Assembly (NCBI GenBank): GCA_965202905.1
Contig: OZ241868.1
Coordinates: forward strand, 2,524,208 to 2,588,207
Origin: Alphaproteobacteria bacterium
GTDB taxonomy: Bacteria > Pseudomonadota > Alphaproteobacteria > MPNO01
Reading direction: 5' to 3'
Length of the DNA: 64,000 bases
This document shows positions 38,900 through 51,037 of this stretch, in pieces. Position 1 is the stretch's first letter. Every line of letters starts with the position of its first letter. The notes beneath the pieces are model-generated. The model did not search any database. It saw nothing but the letters and a program-made list of their open reading frames with translations, and was not told where the DNA came from. A program made the position numbers and the translations under genes.

Positions 38900-39823
38900 T
38901 CACCGCCGGTCCTCGCGGACGTAAGGAAGGCCCAGCGCGCCCGGGGCGTCGGAGCGCGACCGGCGCAGCCCGGCATAGACCAGCACGGCCAGGGTCGCGA
39001 GAAACGGTGTCATCTGCAGGAAATACTGCGGCACCGGCCAGCCGGCGGCAAAGATGCGGGGGATCAGCGCCTCGATCCCGCCGAACAGCAGCGCGCCGAA
39101 GACGGCGCGGCCGGGCATCCAGCGCGCGAAGATCACCAGGGCGATCGCGATCCAGCCGCGCCCGTGGGTCATCTCGTTGACCCAGATCTTGGCCGCCGCC
39201 AGTGCGAGATAGCCGCCCGCCATGCCGCACAGGGCGCCGCCCGCGGTGACCGCGCAGAACCGGTAGAGATCGACCCCGATGCCGGCGGCATCGGCGGCCT
39301 GCGGGTTCTCGCCTACCGCGCGCAGATTGAGCCCGATCCTGGTGCGGAACAGGAACCACCAGACGCCGGCGACGATCGGGATCGTGAGGTAGACCATCGC
39401 ATCCTGGGCGAAGACGATTTTGCCGAGGAAGGGGATGTCGGAAAGGACGCCGAGGTCGAGCTTCCGAAAGCCGGCGATCGCCTTGTCGTTCCACCTCAGC
39501 CCGATGAGGCCGGTGAGCCCGACGCCGAAGAAGACGATGGTGATGCCGGTCACCACCTGATCGGCCCGCAGCACGACGACCAGGAAGGCGAACAGGGCGG
39601 CGACGATGACGCCGGCCACCCCTGAGGCGATCATGCCAATCGGCGTCGACTGGCCGAGTTCGACATAAGCCGCGACGCCGGTCAGCGCGCCGCACAGCAT
39701 CAGGCCTTCGGCGCCGAGATTGATGACGCCCGCGCGCTCGTTGATGATCAGGCCCAGCGTGGCCAGGATCAGCGGCGTTGCGAAGACCGGGGTAAAGGCG
39801 AGCCAGTTGGCGATGAACTCCAT
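38900..39823 (-). CDS. ABC transporter permease (BMP/nucleoside type)
   Basis: ERAGVINLGAEG, LRAVGENP, GRGWIAIALVIFARW. Confidence 0.9.
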   Translation of the reverse strand: MEFIANWLAFTPVFATPLILATLGLIINERAGVINLGAEGLMLCGALTGVAAYVELGQSTPIGMIASGVAGVIVAALFAFLVVVLRADQVVTGITIVFFGVGLTGLIGLRWNDKAIAGFRKLDLGVLSDIPFLGKIVFAQDAMVYLTIPIVAGVWWFLFRTRIGLNLRAVGENPQAADAAGIGVDLYRFCAVTAGGALCGMAGGYLALAAAKIWVNEMTHGRGWIAIALVIFARWMPGRAVFGALLFGGIEALIPRIFAAGWPVPQYFLQMTPFLATLAVLVYAGLRRSRSDAPGALGLPYVREDRR

Positions 39824-39832
39824 GGCCGGTCC

Positions 39833-39965
39833 CTAGTGGATCAACCGAGACATTTAAATCCCCCGGCCGATGATGATCTGGCGACCAGAACGCATTCAAA
39901 TATCTCGATAAGTCGATCCATCAACATAAAACCAGTGGTTCGAAGCGAAAGATTCGAACCACTAG
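39833..39965 (-). mobile_element. MITE-like repeat, copy B, CTAG at both ends
   Basis: Reverse-complement homolog of 59470-59603. Confidence 0.75.
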
Positions 39966-41048
39966 CGCACCCAGCGCACCCGGTAACGCACCAGGAAGTC
40001 CGAGGCCGCGACGCACATCACGATGATCGCCTGGATCAGCGAGACCAGGGCCTGGGGCAGGCTGTAGAACACTTTCACGCTTTGCCCGGCCGCGTAGAGC
40101 CCGCCGATCAGGAAAGCCACCACGAGGACCGCCGCCGGGTTGTTGCGGGCGAGGAAGGCGATCATGATGCCCGAAAAGCCGTAGCCGGCGGCCATCGTTC
40201 CGGTCAGCCGGTGCTCCTGGGCGGTGGCCATGACGAACCCGGCCGCGCCCGAGAGCATCCCCGACAGCCCGACCGCGCCCAGGACGGTGAGCGCCACCGG
40301 AATGCCGGCGGCCAAGGCCATCGTCGGGTTGTTGCCGACGAAGCGCATGTAGACGCCAAGCCGGCTCCTTTCCATCACCCACCAGATAAGCGCGACCGTA
40401 ACCAGGCTGAAGACCAGCCCGAGATGAACCTTCTCCCAGCCGATCAGGGCCAGCCGCTCGGCCGCATCGAAGGGCTCGGAGTGGGGGAAGCGCTCGCGCC
40501 GGTCCTGCCAGGCGCCGTAGACTTGGTTGAGAACGAACAGATAGGCGACGTAGTTCAGGAGCAGGGTCGAGATGACCTCGTTGACGCCGAGCCTGATCTT
40601 CAAGAGCGCCGGCGGGAGGATCCAGACGAAGCCGCCGACCAGCGAGAGGATCAGCATCAACCCGATGCGGATCGACGGCGGGCCGATGTCGAAGATCGCG
40701 ATCATCGTCGCCCCGATCGCGCCGAAGAAGAACTGACCCTCGATGCCGATATTCCAGAAATTCACCCGAAACGCGATCGCCGCGCTGAGCCCGACCAGGA
40801 TCAGCGGGCTGCATTCGATCAGGACGCTCGACAGGCCCAGCTTGTCGAAGAACGTCAGCACGACGAACTCTTTGAAGATGTTGGCCGGCTCGACGCCGGC
40901 GGCCACCAGGATCGCCACCGAGATGCCGAGCCCGACCGCCAGCGACAGCGCGATGAAGCCGGCATGTTTGACGCGCCCGATCGACTGGCGCACATCGAGG
41001 CTCAGCCGGCCGAAATGGCGGCGCGCGGGCCGGGCGGGCAGGGCCAGA

Positions 41049-41056
<8 letters not shown>
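39962..41056 (-). CDS. ABC transporter permease (BMP/nucleoside type)
   Basis: FWNIGIEGQ, NEVISTLLLNY, GYGFSGIMIAFLARNNP. Confidence 0.9.
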
Positions 41057-42545
<1,489 letters not shown>

Positions 42546-42635
42546 CGGTGAGGCTCCATCGAGCGGCGCCGAGGGACCCGGCCCGGCCGAAAGCGGCCCG
42601 GCCGGGCGCGGTCGGACGTCTTCCGGGTGGGCGGC

Positions 42636-43718
42636 TCAGAGCTGGCCGATGACGCCCTTGACCAGGTACTTCATGCCCCACAGCTCGCCGTCGCCCGGCG
42701 TCTCGCCGGCGGGGATGACGATCTTGCCCGCATTGTCCCGGATCGGGCCGGTGTAGACGTGCCAGCCGTCGATGATTTTCCGGCGGGCGGCCATGACCTT
42801 GTCGACCACCGCCTTGGGCACGACCTCGTTGCAGCAGGCGATGTCGGCGCCGCCGTGCTTGAGGCCGACGAACTCGCCATGCGGCTTGGTCTTCCAGGCG
42901 CCGCCGGAGATCTCCTTGTAGAGCGGGACCAGGAAGCGGTCCCACACCCAGACCGAGGAGCACAGCGTCGCCTTGGGCGCGAATTCCCGCATGTCGCGGT
43001 GATGGCCGGTGCCCCAGACGCCCTTCTCCTGGGCCGCAACCTGGACGGCGGGCGTGTCGACATGCTGGCCGATCACGTCGATGCCGCGCTCGATCAGCGC
43101 CAGCGCGGTCGCCCGCTCCTTGACCGGATCGTACCACGAGCCGGTGTAGACCACGTTGACGGTCGCCTTGGGATTGACCGCCTGAGCGCCCAGCGCATAG
43201 GCGTTGACCGTCCAGGTCACCAGCCCCAGCGGATGGGCGGCGACGAAGCCGAGCTTGTTGGTCCTGGTCATCGCACCGGCGACCATCCCGCACAAATACT
43301 GGCTCTCGTAGGTCCGGCCGTAATAGGACTGCAGGTTAACCCCGTTGGTGGTGCCGGCCGGGTTGACGAAGGCGACCTCGGGATACTCCTTGGCAAGCTC
43401 CTTGAAGGTGTCGGAATAGCCGAATGCCGAGCCGTTGATGATGTTGAAGCCGCGGCGGATGAAGCGTTCGACCACCGGGCGGATGGCCGAGGACTTCTCC
43501 GGCACCTTCTCGGCAAACGGGATCTTCCAGCCGAGCTTGCCCTCGACCCGGATGCGGGCCTCGTCGATCGCCTGGGTCCAGCCGCCGTCGTTCTTGACGT
43601 TGAAATAGACGAAGGCGACCTTGGGCTCGCCCTTGAGCTTGAAGGCTGCATCGGCCGCGCCCGCCGCGCCCAGCGCCAGCGCCGCGGCAGCGCCGACCAG
43701 AACTGTTCTGAACATCAT
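42636..43718 (-). CDS. BMP family ABC substrate-binding protein
   Basis: DGGWTQA, SYYGRTYESQYLCG, GSWYDP, QHVDTP. Confidence 0.9.
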   Translation of the reverse strand: MMFRTVLVGAAAALALGAAGAADAAFKLKGEPKVAFVYFNVKNDGGWTQAIDEARIRVEGKLGWKIPFAEKVPEKSSAIRPVVERFIRRGFNIINGSAFGYSDTFKELAKEYPEVAFVNPAGTTNGVNLQSYYGRTYESQYLCGMVAGAMTRTNKLGFVAAHPLGLVTWTVNAYALGAQAVNPKATVNVVYTGSWYDPVKERATALALIERGIDVIGQHVDTPAVQVAAQEKGVWGTGHHRDMREFAPKATLCSSVWVWDRFLVPLYKEISGGAWKTKPHGEFVGLKHGGADIACCNEVVPKAVVDKVMAARRKIIDGWHVYTGPIRDNAGKIVIPAGETPGDGELWGMKYLVKGVIGQL

Positions 43719-43925
43719 ATCCCGCTCTCCCCTGCGTGGAGGGTCGTCATGGAGCCTCGACCCGTATTCGCTTTGCCGACACCGTGTTCGGACCGGGGAC
43801 CGTAAGAAACGATCGGACGGCTGTCAAACTACGGCCCGGCAGGTCGCGCCGTTGTCGCGGTGGCGACAATTCGCGACAATGCGGGCTGGGCGCCGCGGCC
43901 GGGCGCGGATCGGGAGGATGGGCGC

Positions 43926-45116
43926 ATGAAGCGGAGCGAAGAGCGAATTCTCACCACCCATGTCGGGAGTCTCATTCGCCCGCAGGAGATCAAGGACCAC
44001 CTGATCGCCAGGCACAAGGGCGGATACGACGAGGCCGCGCATCGCCGCAGCCTGACCGGGACCGTCGCCGAAGTGGTGCGCCGGCAGGCGGAGGCGGGGA
44101 TCGACGTCGTCAGCGACGGCGAGTTCGGCAAGGGGATAAGCTGGGCGCAGTACATGCTCGAACGGCTCAGCGGCTTCGAGCGCCGGCTGCTCGACGAGGA
44201 CGCGACCGATCCCCAGCAGGCCGGCGCCGACCGCGGGCGCTTCCCGGAATTCTACCGGGAGATGGACGAGGCCGACGGGCGGGACGGGCGCGGCGACGGC
44301 GGCGCGGTCAAGGCCGAATCGGTCTGCGTCGGGCCGATCGCCTATACCGGCCAGGCCGAGTTGCAGCGCGATATCGACAACCTGAAGGCGGCAATGGAGG
44401 CGGTCGAGGTCGAAGAGGGCTTCCTGCCGGTCGCCGCCCCCGCCAGCTCCATTCCGGACCGGCGCAACGAGTACTACGCGACCGACGAGGAGTGCGTGTT
44501 CGCGCTGGCCGAAGCGATGCGCACCGAGTACCGGACCATCGCCGAGGCCGGGCTGCTGGTACAGATCGACGACGCGCGCGCGGCCGTCACCTTCGACCGG
44601 ATGGTCCCACCGGCGAGCAAGGAGGAGTTCCTGTCCTGGCTCGAGATGCACATGGCGGCGCTGAACCACGCGATCGAAGGCATTCCGGCCGAGCGTATCC
44701 GCTATCACGTCTGCTGGGGAAGCTGGCCCGGCCCGCATACCACCGACGTGCCGCTGAAGGACATTCTCGACCTCGTGCTTTCGGTCAATGCCGGAGCGTA
44801 TGTCATCGAAGGCGCCAACCCGCGCCACGAGCACGAATGGCGGGTCTGGCAGGACGCGAAGCTGCCCGACGGCAAGCTGCTGATCCCGGGCGTCATCAGC
44901 CACGCCACCAACATCGTCGAGCATCCCGAGCTGGTCGCCGAGCGCATCGTCCGCCTGGCCAGGCTGGTCGGGCGCGAGACCGTCATCGGCGGCACCGACT
45001 GCGGCTTCGCCCAGGGTCCGTTCCACCGCCGGGTCCACCCGACCGTCATGTGGGCGAAGCTGGAAGCGCTCGTCGAGGGTGCCCGGCTGGCGAGCCGGGA
45101 GCTCTGGAAGCGGTAA
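43926..45116 (+). CDS. Cobalamin-independent methionine synthase II family protein
   Basis: ILTTHVGSL, DVVSDGEFGK, HVCWG, IEGANPRHEHEW, GTDCGF. Confidence 0.9.
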   Translation: MKRSEERILTTHVGSLIRPQEIKDHLIARHKGGYDEAAHRRSLTGTVAEVVRRQAEAGIDVVSDGEFGKGISWAQYMLERLSGFERRLLDEDATDPQQAGADRGRFPEFYREMDEADGRDGRGDGGAVKAESVCVGPIAYTGQAELQRDIDNLKAAMEAVEVEEGFLPVAAPASSIPDRRNEYYATDEECVFALAEAMRTEYRTIAEAGLLVQIDDARAAVTFDRMVPPASKEEFLSWLEMHMAALNHAIEGIPAERIRYHVCWGSWPGPHTTDVPLKDILDLVLSVNAGAYVIEGANPRHEHEWRVWQDAKLPDGKLLIPGVISHATNIVEHPELVAERIVRLARLVGRETVIGGTDCGFAQGPFHRRVHPTVMWAKLEALVEGARLASRELWKR

Positions 45117-45120
45117 CGGT

Positions 45121-45942
45121 TCAGCCCGCTTCGGCCCCCGCGTCTTCCTCGCCGCCTTCTTCGCCGCCCATTGCGGCGGCGATGGCGCGGTGGCGGTCGG
45201 CGAGCCAGCCGGGGTCGGCGCGGTCTTCCGGGCGGACGGCGACCTCGATGGCGACCTTGGCCGGCGCGGCAAGCACCAGGACGCGGTCGGCCATCTCCAG
45301 CGCGTCATCGATCCGATGGGTGATCAGGACGCAGGTCTTGCCGAGCCGGCGCACCAGCTCCGTAAAGTCCGCGCGCAGGGTCTTCGACGTGACGTGGTCG
45401 AGTTGGCTGAAGCTTTCGTCCAGCAGCACCAGCGCCGGGTCGACGCACAACGCGCGGGCGAGCGAGACCCGCTGGCGCATACCGCCGGACAGTTCGTAGG
45501 GGTATTTGCGGACGTTCTCTTCGCCCGTGATCTTGACGTTCGCCAGCCAGTCGATCGCCTGCTTGCGCTGGAATTGCCGGTCGCGGCCCAGGATCTCCAG
45601 CCCCAGGGCGACATTCTCCCACGCTGTGCGCCAGGGCAGCAGGCGGTCGGTCTGGAAGCTGACCGCGAGCTTGCCGCGCAGTTCGCGGAACTGGTTGTAG
45701 GGGTCCAGCCCCTCGACCCGGACAGCGCCGCGGGTCGGCTCCATGACCCCCATGACCATATGCAGTGCCGTCGATTTGCCGGCACCGGTGCGGCCCAGGA
45801 GCGCCACGATCTCGCCCTCCATCACTCTGAAGGACAGGTCGAGGACGGCCGCGTGCGCGCCGAAATACTTGTCGACGCGATCGAGCTCGATAATCGCGCG
45901 GCCGTTCGCTCCGCTCACCGGACAGTCACCTCCGGGCGCCAT
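45121..45942 (-). CDS. ABC ATP-binding protein (nitrate/sulfonate type)
   Basis: GRTGAGKS, LSGGMRQR, LLDE. Confidence 0.9.
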   Translation of the reverse strand: MAPGGDCPVSGANGRAIIELDRVDKYFGAHAAVLDLSFRVMEGEIVALLGRTGAGKSTALHMVMGVMEPTRGAVRVEGLDPYNQFRELRGKLAVSFQTDRLLPWRTAWENVALGLEILGRDRQFQRKQAIDWLANVKITGEENVRKYPYELSGGMRQRVSLARALCVDPALVLLDESFSQLDHVTSKTLRADFTELVRRLGKTCVLITHRIDDALEMADRVLVLAAPAKVAIEVAVRPEDRADPGWLADRHRAIAAAMGGEEGGEEDAGAEAG

Positions 45943-46742
45943 TTGAGCAGCCGCTTCTCGGCCCAGGCAACGATCGCCTGGACGCCGAGATTGACGACCA
46001 CCAGCAGGATGGTCCAGCCGATGACGGCCTGCATGTTGAGCTCGTCCTGGGCAAGCCCCATCCGCGCGCCCATGCCGGTATTGACGCTGACGAGTTCGGC
46101 GAAGGCCGTCATCCGCGCCGCGTAACCGATGATCGACTTGGTGGTCATCAGGATGTAGGGCACGACATGCGGCAGGATCAGGAGCCGGAAGACCTGCCAG
46201 CGGGTTGGCCGGAAGGTCTCCACCGCTTCGACCAGATCGGTCGACAGCGCCTTGATGCCGTCATAGACGTTGAGCGCGTAGAACGGGATCAGGATCACGC
46301 CGAGGATGAAGAAGACGCGCTCCTCGGTGCCCCTGAACCAGAAGATCGCGAACAGCATCCACGACAGCGCCGGCACGCCGGTGAAGATGACGATGATCGC
46401 CTTGAGATAGGGTTCGGCCGGGCGCGACATGCCCATGATCGCGCCGATCACCGAGCCCGCCACCAGCGAGAACGCGACCGCGAGGATCAGCCGCAGGATG
46501 GTCGTGACGATGTGGATGTAATCGTTGGCGAGGATGTTGAGGATCTCCTCGCCGGTCAGCAGCGCGGACGGCATGATGTAGACTGGAGCGGCCCAGCTCC
46601 AGGCCTCCATCCCGAAGACGATCGCCGCGATCACCACGACGGAGGCGATCAGGTCGCGCCGGAAATAGTTACGCCCGCCGGCGCCGGCGGGCATCTCCGG
46701 TCCGGCGGCGCTTTCGCCGGCACGGTCGATCCGGGTGCTCAT
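45915..46742 (-). CDS. ABC permease (nitrate/sulfonate type)
   Basis: Multi-TM protein with AELVSVNTGMG. Confidence 0.85.
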   Translation of the reverse strand: MSTRIDRAGESAAGPEMPAGAGGRNYFRRDLIASVVVIAAIVFGMEAWSWAAPVYIMPSALLTGEEILNILANDYIHIVTTILRLILAVAFSLVAGSVIGAIMGMSRPAEPYLKAIIVIFTGVPALSWMLFAIFWFRGTEERVFFILGVILIPFYALNVYDGIKALSTDLVEAVETFRPTRWQVFRLLILPHVVPYILMTTKSIIGYAARMTAFAELVSVNTGMGARMGLAQDELNMQAVIGWTILLVVVNLGVQAIVAWAEKRLLKWRPEVTVR

Positions 46743-46829
46743 ACCCCGGGCCACGCCGGGCGCCGCGGCCCGGCCGCGGCGCATCTCCTGGGTGAGGTCG
46801 GCGAAGTCGGTTTCAGGCCGGCCCGCGCC

Positions 46830-47831
46830 TCAGACGGCAAAATAGGACTCCGGCACCGTCGCTGGCAGCGCGCCCGCCTTGCGCATGATCTCGCCGGCGA
46901 ACCGGATGTCCTCGCGGTTCTTCTCGACCGCCATCGAGCGCATCTTGAACTGCATGCGGCCGGAGTCCATCGCGGTCTTGAGCACCGCGGGCTTGATCTT
47001 GACCGTCGGTCCCAGCGCCTGGAAGTCGGCCGGGTTGGCCATGATCCAGTCGAAGCAGTCGGCATAGACCTTGACCACCTGGGCGAGGGTGTCCGCCGGC
47101 GCGTCGCCCAGGGCCTTGCGGTTGACGCCAATGCAGAAATAGGGCTGATCGCGCCCGGTGTGACTGCGGTAGAACTCGTTGACGTTGAGGAACACCTTGG
47201 AGCCCGGGATCTTGTGCAACCCGGTCGACAGCGCGTGCTCCCAGACGATCGCCGCATCGGCGCGCCTGGCGGCGACGATACTGATCGTCGCCGGCGGGTT
47301 GGGCGCGTTCTGGATGCGCACGTCGTTGTCGAAGTCGATTTCGCCGAAAACCTTGGCCCAGGTCTTGGCCATCTTGAAGGTGCCCGAGGCCTGCATCGCG
47401 GCGACGGTCTTGCCCTTGAGATCTTCCAGCGAGCCGGGTCCGTCGTTGCGCGCGAAGATGCCGGCCAGCGTGCCGGTCGAGACGACGCCGATGATCTGCA
47501 CCGGCGCGCCCTTCATGTGCATCTTGGCAAACGAATCCCAGGTGCCCACGCCGATCTGGAAATTGCCCTTCAGGAAATCGGCGTAGTAGGTGCCGAGCCG
47601 GTTGTAGACCCGGAAGGAATCGAACTTCAGGCCGTGCTTCTCGTCGAACTTGTTCTTGAACAGCACCTGGTTCTGCAGGTTCGACCAGCCGCCGGCGAGC
47701 GTCGCAGTCGTCAGAGTCGGGGGCGACGCGCCGAAGGAAAGGTTGGGCGCGGCAATCAGGCCGGCGCCGAGCGCCAGACCGGTCGTGCCGGCACCTTCGA
47801 GAAAACTCCTGCGTGTAACGGTCGTGCTCAT
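46830..47831 (-). CDS. ABC substrate-binding protein with a Tat signal
   Basis: MSTTVTRRSFLEGAG; LEDLKGKTVA. Confidence 0.82.
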   Translation of the reverse strand: MSTTVTRRSFLEGAGTTGLALGAGLIAAPNLSFGASPPTLTTATLAGGWSNLQNQVLFKNKFDEKHGLKFDSFRVYNRLGTYYADFLKGNFQIGVGTWDSFAKMHMKGAPVQIIGVVSTGTLAGIFARNDGPGSLEDLKGKTVAAMQASGTFKMAKTWAKVFGEIDFDNDVRIQNAPNPPATISIVAARRADAAIVWEHALSTGLHKIPGSKVFLNVNEFYRSHTGRDQPYFCIGVNRKALGDAPADTLAQVVKVYADCFDWIMANPADFQALGPTVKIKPAVLKTAMDSGRMQFKMRSMAVEKNREDIRFAGEIMRKAGALPATVPESYFAV

Positions 47832-47945
47832 CGCGGTTCTCCCTTCGCCATCCGCCGCGCTGGCGGATTTTGACTTGAGACCATCTTCGGGAACAATATC
47901 GGCGCTGTCCACACCGCGGATCCCGAGGGCGAGCCGGTCGCGCCG

Positions 47946-48950
47946 ATGCAGAACGTCTGGATCCACTACCTCAACCGCGCCGATGTCGAGGCGTTGGCGC
48001 TGAGCGATGAGGAGATCGTCGCCGCGGTCGAAGGCGCGCTTGCGGCCCAGGGAGAGGGCCGCACGGTCGTCGAGCCGCGGGTACACTTGGTGCCCGAGTC
48101 CTCCGACAAGGGCCATTTCAACATCCTGCGCGGCTATATCGCGCCGCTCGGCGTCGCCGGCGTCAAGGTGGTCGGCGACTTCGTCGACAACTGGCGCTGC
48201 GCCCTGCCGTCGGAAATGGCGATCCTCAACCTGTTCGATCCCGCGACCGGCATGCCGCGGGCGTTGATCGATGCGACCGCGATCACCGGTATGCGCACCG
48301 GGGCGATGACGGCGATCGGCGCCCGCCATCTCGCGCGAAAGGACAGCAAGGTCCTGGGCCATATCGGGGCGCGCGGCACCGCCTACTGGAACGTCCGGCT
48401 GCTCGATCACCTGTTCGACTTCGACGAGATTCGCGTCCACTCGCGCCGGCCCGAGAGCCGGGAGGCGTTCGGCGAACGGCTGCACCGCGATCTCGGCAAG
48501 CCGATCCGTGTGGTCGATGACTGGCGCGGTTGTCTGGAGGGCGCGGACATCCTGGTCGAGGCCTCGCGGCTTCCCGCGCCCGCGCCGCTGTTCAAGACCG
48601 AATGGGTCAAGCCCGGCGCGCTGGTGGTGCCCTACGGGACCATGAGCGCGGTCGAGACCACCCTGACCGACGTGATGGACAAGATCGTGGTCGACGACTG
48701 GGGCCAGTGCCGCCCGGGCCTGCCGTTCGGCGCGCTGCGGCGGCATGTCGACGAGGGCAGGCTGACCGAGGAGACGCTCCACGCCGAGCTCGGCGAGATC
48801 GTCGCCGGCGCGAGACCCGGGCGCGAGGCCGACGGGGAGACGATCCTGTTCTGGCACCGCGGGCTGAGCCTTTCCGACATCGCGCTCGGCGTGAAGATGT
48901 TGGAGAAAGCCGCCGCGCTCGGCCTCGGCCAACGGCTGCGCTACGCCTGA
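47946..48950 (+). CDS. Ornithine cyclodeaminase/mu-crystallin family protein
   Basis: AGVKVVGDF, ITGMRTGA, GHIGARGTA, HAELGEIVAG. Confidence 0.9.
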   Translation: MQNVWIHYLNRADVEALALSDEEIVAAVEGALAAQGEGRTVVEPRVHLVPESSDKGHFNILRGYIAPLGVAGVKVVGDFVDNWRCALPSEMAILNLFDPATGMPRALIDATAITGMRTGAMTAIGARHLARKDSKVLGHIGARGTAYWNVRLLDHLFDFDEIRVHSRRPESREAFGERLHRDLGKPIRVVDDWRGCLEGADILVEASRLPAPAPLFKTEWVKPGALVVPYGTMSAVETTLTDVMDKIVVDDWGQCRPGLPFGALRRHVDEGRLTEETLHAELGEIVAGARPGREADGETILFWHRGLSLSDIALGVKMLEKAAALGLGQRLRYA

Positions 48951-48992
48951 CCAGATCGCCGGGAGGCCGTCCTGACCATCGCCTGCTCGCGC

Positions 48993-49781
48993 ATGTACAA
49001 TGTCGTACCGGAGGCCCGCGCGGCCTGGCGGCGCATCTTCGAATGGGCCGCCGGACGCGCCGGCGTGGCGCTCGAAGTGATCGAGTATCCCGCGCCCGCG
49101 CCGCTCGACGCGCTGTGGGCGCGCGAGGACATGGGCTGTGTGTTGATGTGCGGCTGGCCTTATGCGATGGCCGGGCCTCGACCGCTGCTAATCGCGACCG
49201 CGGCGCCCTCACCGCCGCGCTACGGCGGCGAGCCGGTCTATTTCACGGATTTCGTGGTGCGCGCCGACAGCGGCTACCGCAGCCTTTCGGACACGTTCGG
49301 CGGGCGGCTCGCCTGGACCGTCGAGAACTCTCATTCGGGTTACAACGCGCTGCGCCATCACCTGCTGTCCTACCGGACGGAGGATCGGCGGGATTTCTAC
49401 GGCGAGACGGTGGGCCCGCTTGTCTCGCCCATTCGGGCGCTGCGGAGCGTGATCGACGGCGCGGCGGACGTCGCCCCGCTGGACAGCCTGTGCCACGATC
49501 TCCTGAAGTGCCACGCGCCGGAGCGGGTGGCCGGGCTCAGAACAATCGAGACGACCGGTCCCGCGCCCTTCCCGCCGCTGGTCGCGAGCCCGGGGACGGA
49601 TTCCGGCGACTGCGAACGGCTGCGGCAGGCGCTGCGATCGGCCCACGAAGACCGGGCGTTGCGTCCCGCGCTGGACGATGCGCTGATCGAGCGATTCGTC
49701 GCCGCAGCGCCGACTCTGTACGACGTTACAGTGAGCCGTGCGGAGACGGCGATCGCCGCCGGCTATCCGCGGCCCGGCTGA
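48993..49781 (+). CDS. PhnD/SsuA-like substrate-binding protein
   Basis: YFTDFVVRADS, SHSGYNAL, DVAPLDS. Confidence 0.75.
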   Translation: MYNVVPEARAAWRRIFEWAAGRAGVALEVIEYPAPAPLDALWAREDMGCVLMCGWPYAMAGPRPLLIATAAPSPPRYGGEPVYFTDFVVRADSGYRSLSDTFGGRLAWTVENSHSGYNALRHHLLSYRTEDRRDFYGETVGPLVSPIRALRSVIDGAADVAPLDSLCHDLLKCHAPERVAGLRTIETTGPAPFPPLVASPGTDSGDCERLRQALRSAHEDRALRPALDDALIERFVAAAPTLYDVTVSRAETAIAAGYPRPG

Positions 49782-49885
49782 GGGCCTTTACCCTGGCGGC
49801 TTGGGGTTTCCGAGCAGCACCGGGACCGGCGCACTCACCGCCGGGTGGACATGAACCGCGCGGCGCGCCGCCCGCCCGTCAGGAT

Positions 49886-51037
49886 TCAGCGCGGCTCGAG
49901 CCGCCAGATCGGCTCGCCGTTCTCGTCCAGCAGCAGATAGAGGTGGCCGTCCGGGCCGCTCCGCACGTCGCGGATGCGGTTGCCGAAATCGGTCAGCAGG
50001 CGCTCCTCGGCGACGACGCGCACGCCGTCCAGCGTCAAGCGGACCAGGAGTTGGCCGCGCAGCGCGCCGATGAACAGGTTCCCGCGCCAGCGCGGGAACC
50101 TGTTGCCGTCATAGAAGGCAAGGCCCGAGGGCGCGATCGAGGGCGCCCAATAGGTCTTTGGCTGGGCCATGTCCGGGCGCGCCGTCTCCGTGGCGATGAT
50201 CGAGCCGCTGTAGTTCCGGCCGTAGGTGATCACCGGCCAGCCATAGTTGACGCCGCGCTCGATGACGTTGACCTCATCGCCCCCGAGCGGGCCGTGCTCG
50301 TGCGACCAGATGCGTCCGGTGACCCGGTCGATGGCGAGGCCCTGCGGGTTGCGGTGCCCCCAGGACCAGATCTCCGGCCGGGCGTCGGGCTTGCCGACGA
50401 AGGGGTTATCGGCGGGAACGCTGCCGTCCTCGTTCAGACGCAGCACCGAACCGGCGTGGCGGCCGAGGTCCTGGGCGTCCGAGCGACGCCCGCGGTCGCC
50501 GATGGTGAGATAGAGCTTGCCGTCGGCGCCGAAGACCATGCGCGAGCCGAAATGCTGGCCGGCGTCGGTGCCCGGCCGTGCGGTGAAGATGGTCTCGAAC
50601 CCTTCGATGCCGCGCGCGCCCAGCCGGCCCCGGCTGACCGCGGTGTTGACCCCCTCGCCCACCGGCCAGGCGTGGGTGAGATAGACCAGCCGGTTCTCGG
50701 CGAATCCCGGGTGCAGGACGACATCGAGCAGCCCGCCCTGGCCGTAGGAGCGGATCGGCGGCAGGCCTTGCAACGCGCGTGAGACCTTGCCGTCGCGCCC
50801 GACCGTGCGCAAATTGCCGTCCTTCTCGGTGACCAGCATCCGGCCGTCGGGCAGGAAAGCGAGGCCCCAGGGCTGATCGAGCGGCTCGGAGACCGGCACC
50901 AGGGCGAAGGCGTGCCGTTGCGAGCGGTAGTCGACGGCCTCGGCCGCGTGCGGCAGCGCAAGGGCGCCGAGCGCGGCGGCGGCGATCAGCGCGCGCATCG
51001 CACCGGCCGGCCGGACAGGCTCAATCCAATCCATCAC
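49886..51037 (-). CDS. PQQ-dependent sugar dehydrogenase (YliI/Asd-like)
   Basis: PWGLAFLPDG, GQGGLLDV, HFGSR, GHRNPQG, EHGPLGGDE, NYGWP, RIRDV. Confidence 0.92.
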   Translation of the reverse strand: MMDWIEPVRPAGAMRALIAAAALGALALPHAAEAVDYRSQRHAFALVPVSEPLDQPWGLAFLPDGRMLVTEKDGNLRTVGRDGKVSRALQGLPPIRSYGQGGLLDVVLHPGFAENRLVYLTHAWPVGEGVNTAVSRGRLGARGIEGFETIFTARPGTDAGQHFGSRMVFGADGKLYLTIGDRGRRSDAQDLGRHAGSVLRLNEDGSVPADNPFVGKPDARPEIWSWGHRNPQGLAIDRVTGRIWSHEHGPLGGDEVNVIERGVNYGWPVITYGRNYSGSIIATETARPDMAQPKTYWAPSIAPSGLAFYDGNRFPRWRGNLFIGALRGQLLVRLTLDGVRVVAEERLLTDFGNRIRDVRSGPDGHLYLLLDENGEPIWRLEPR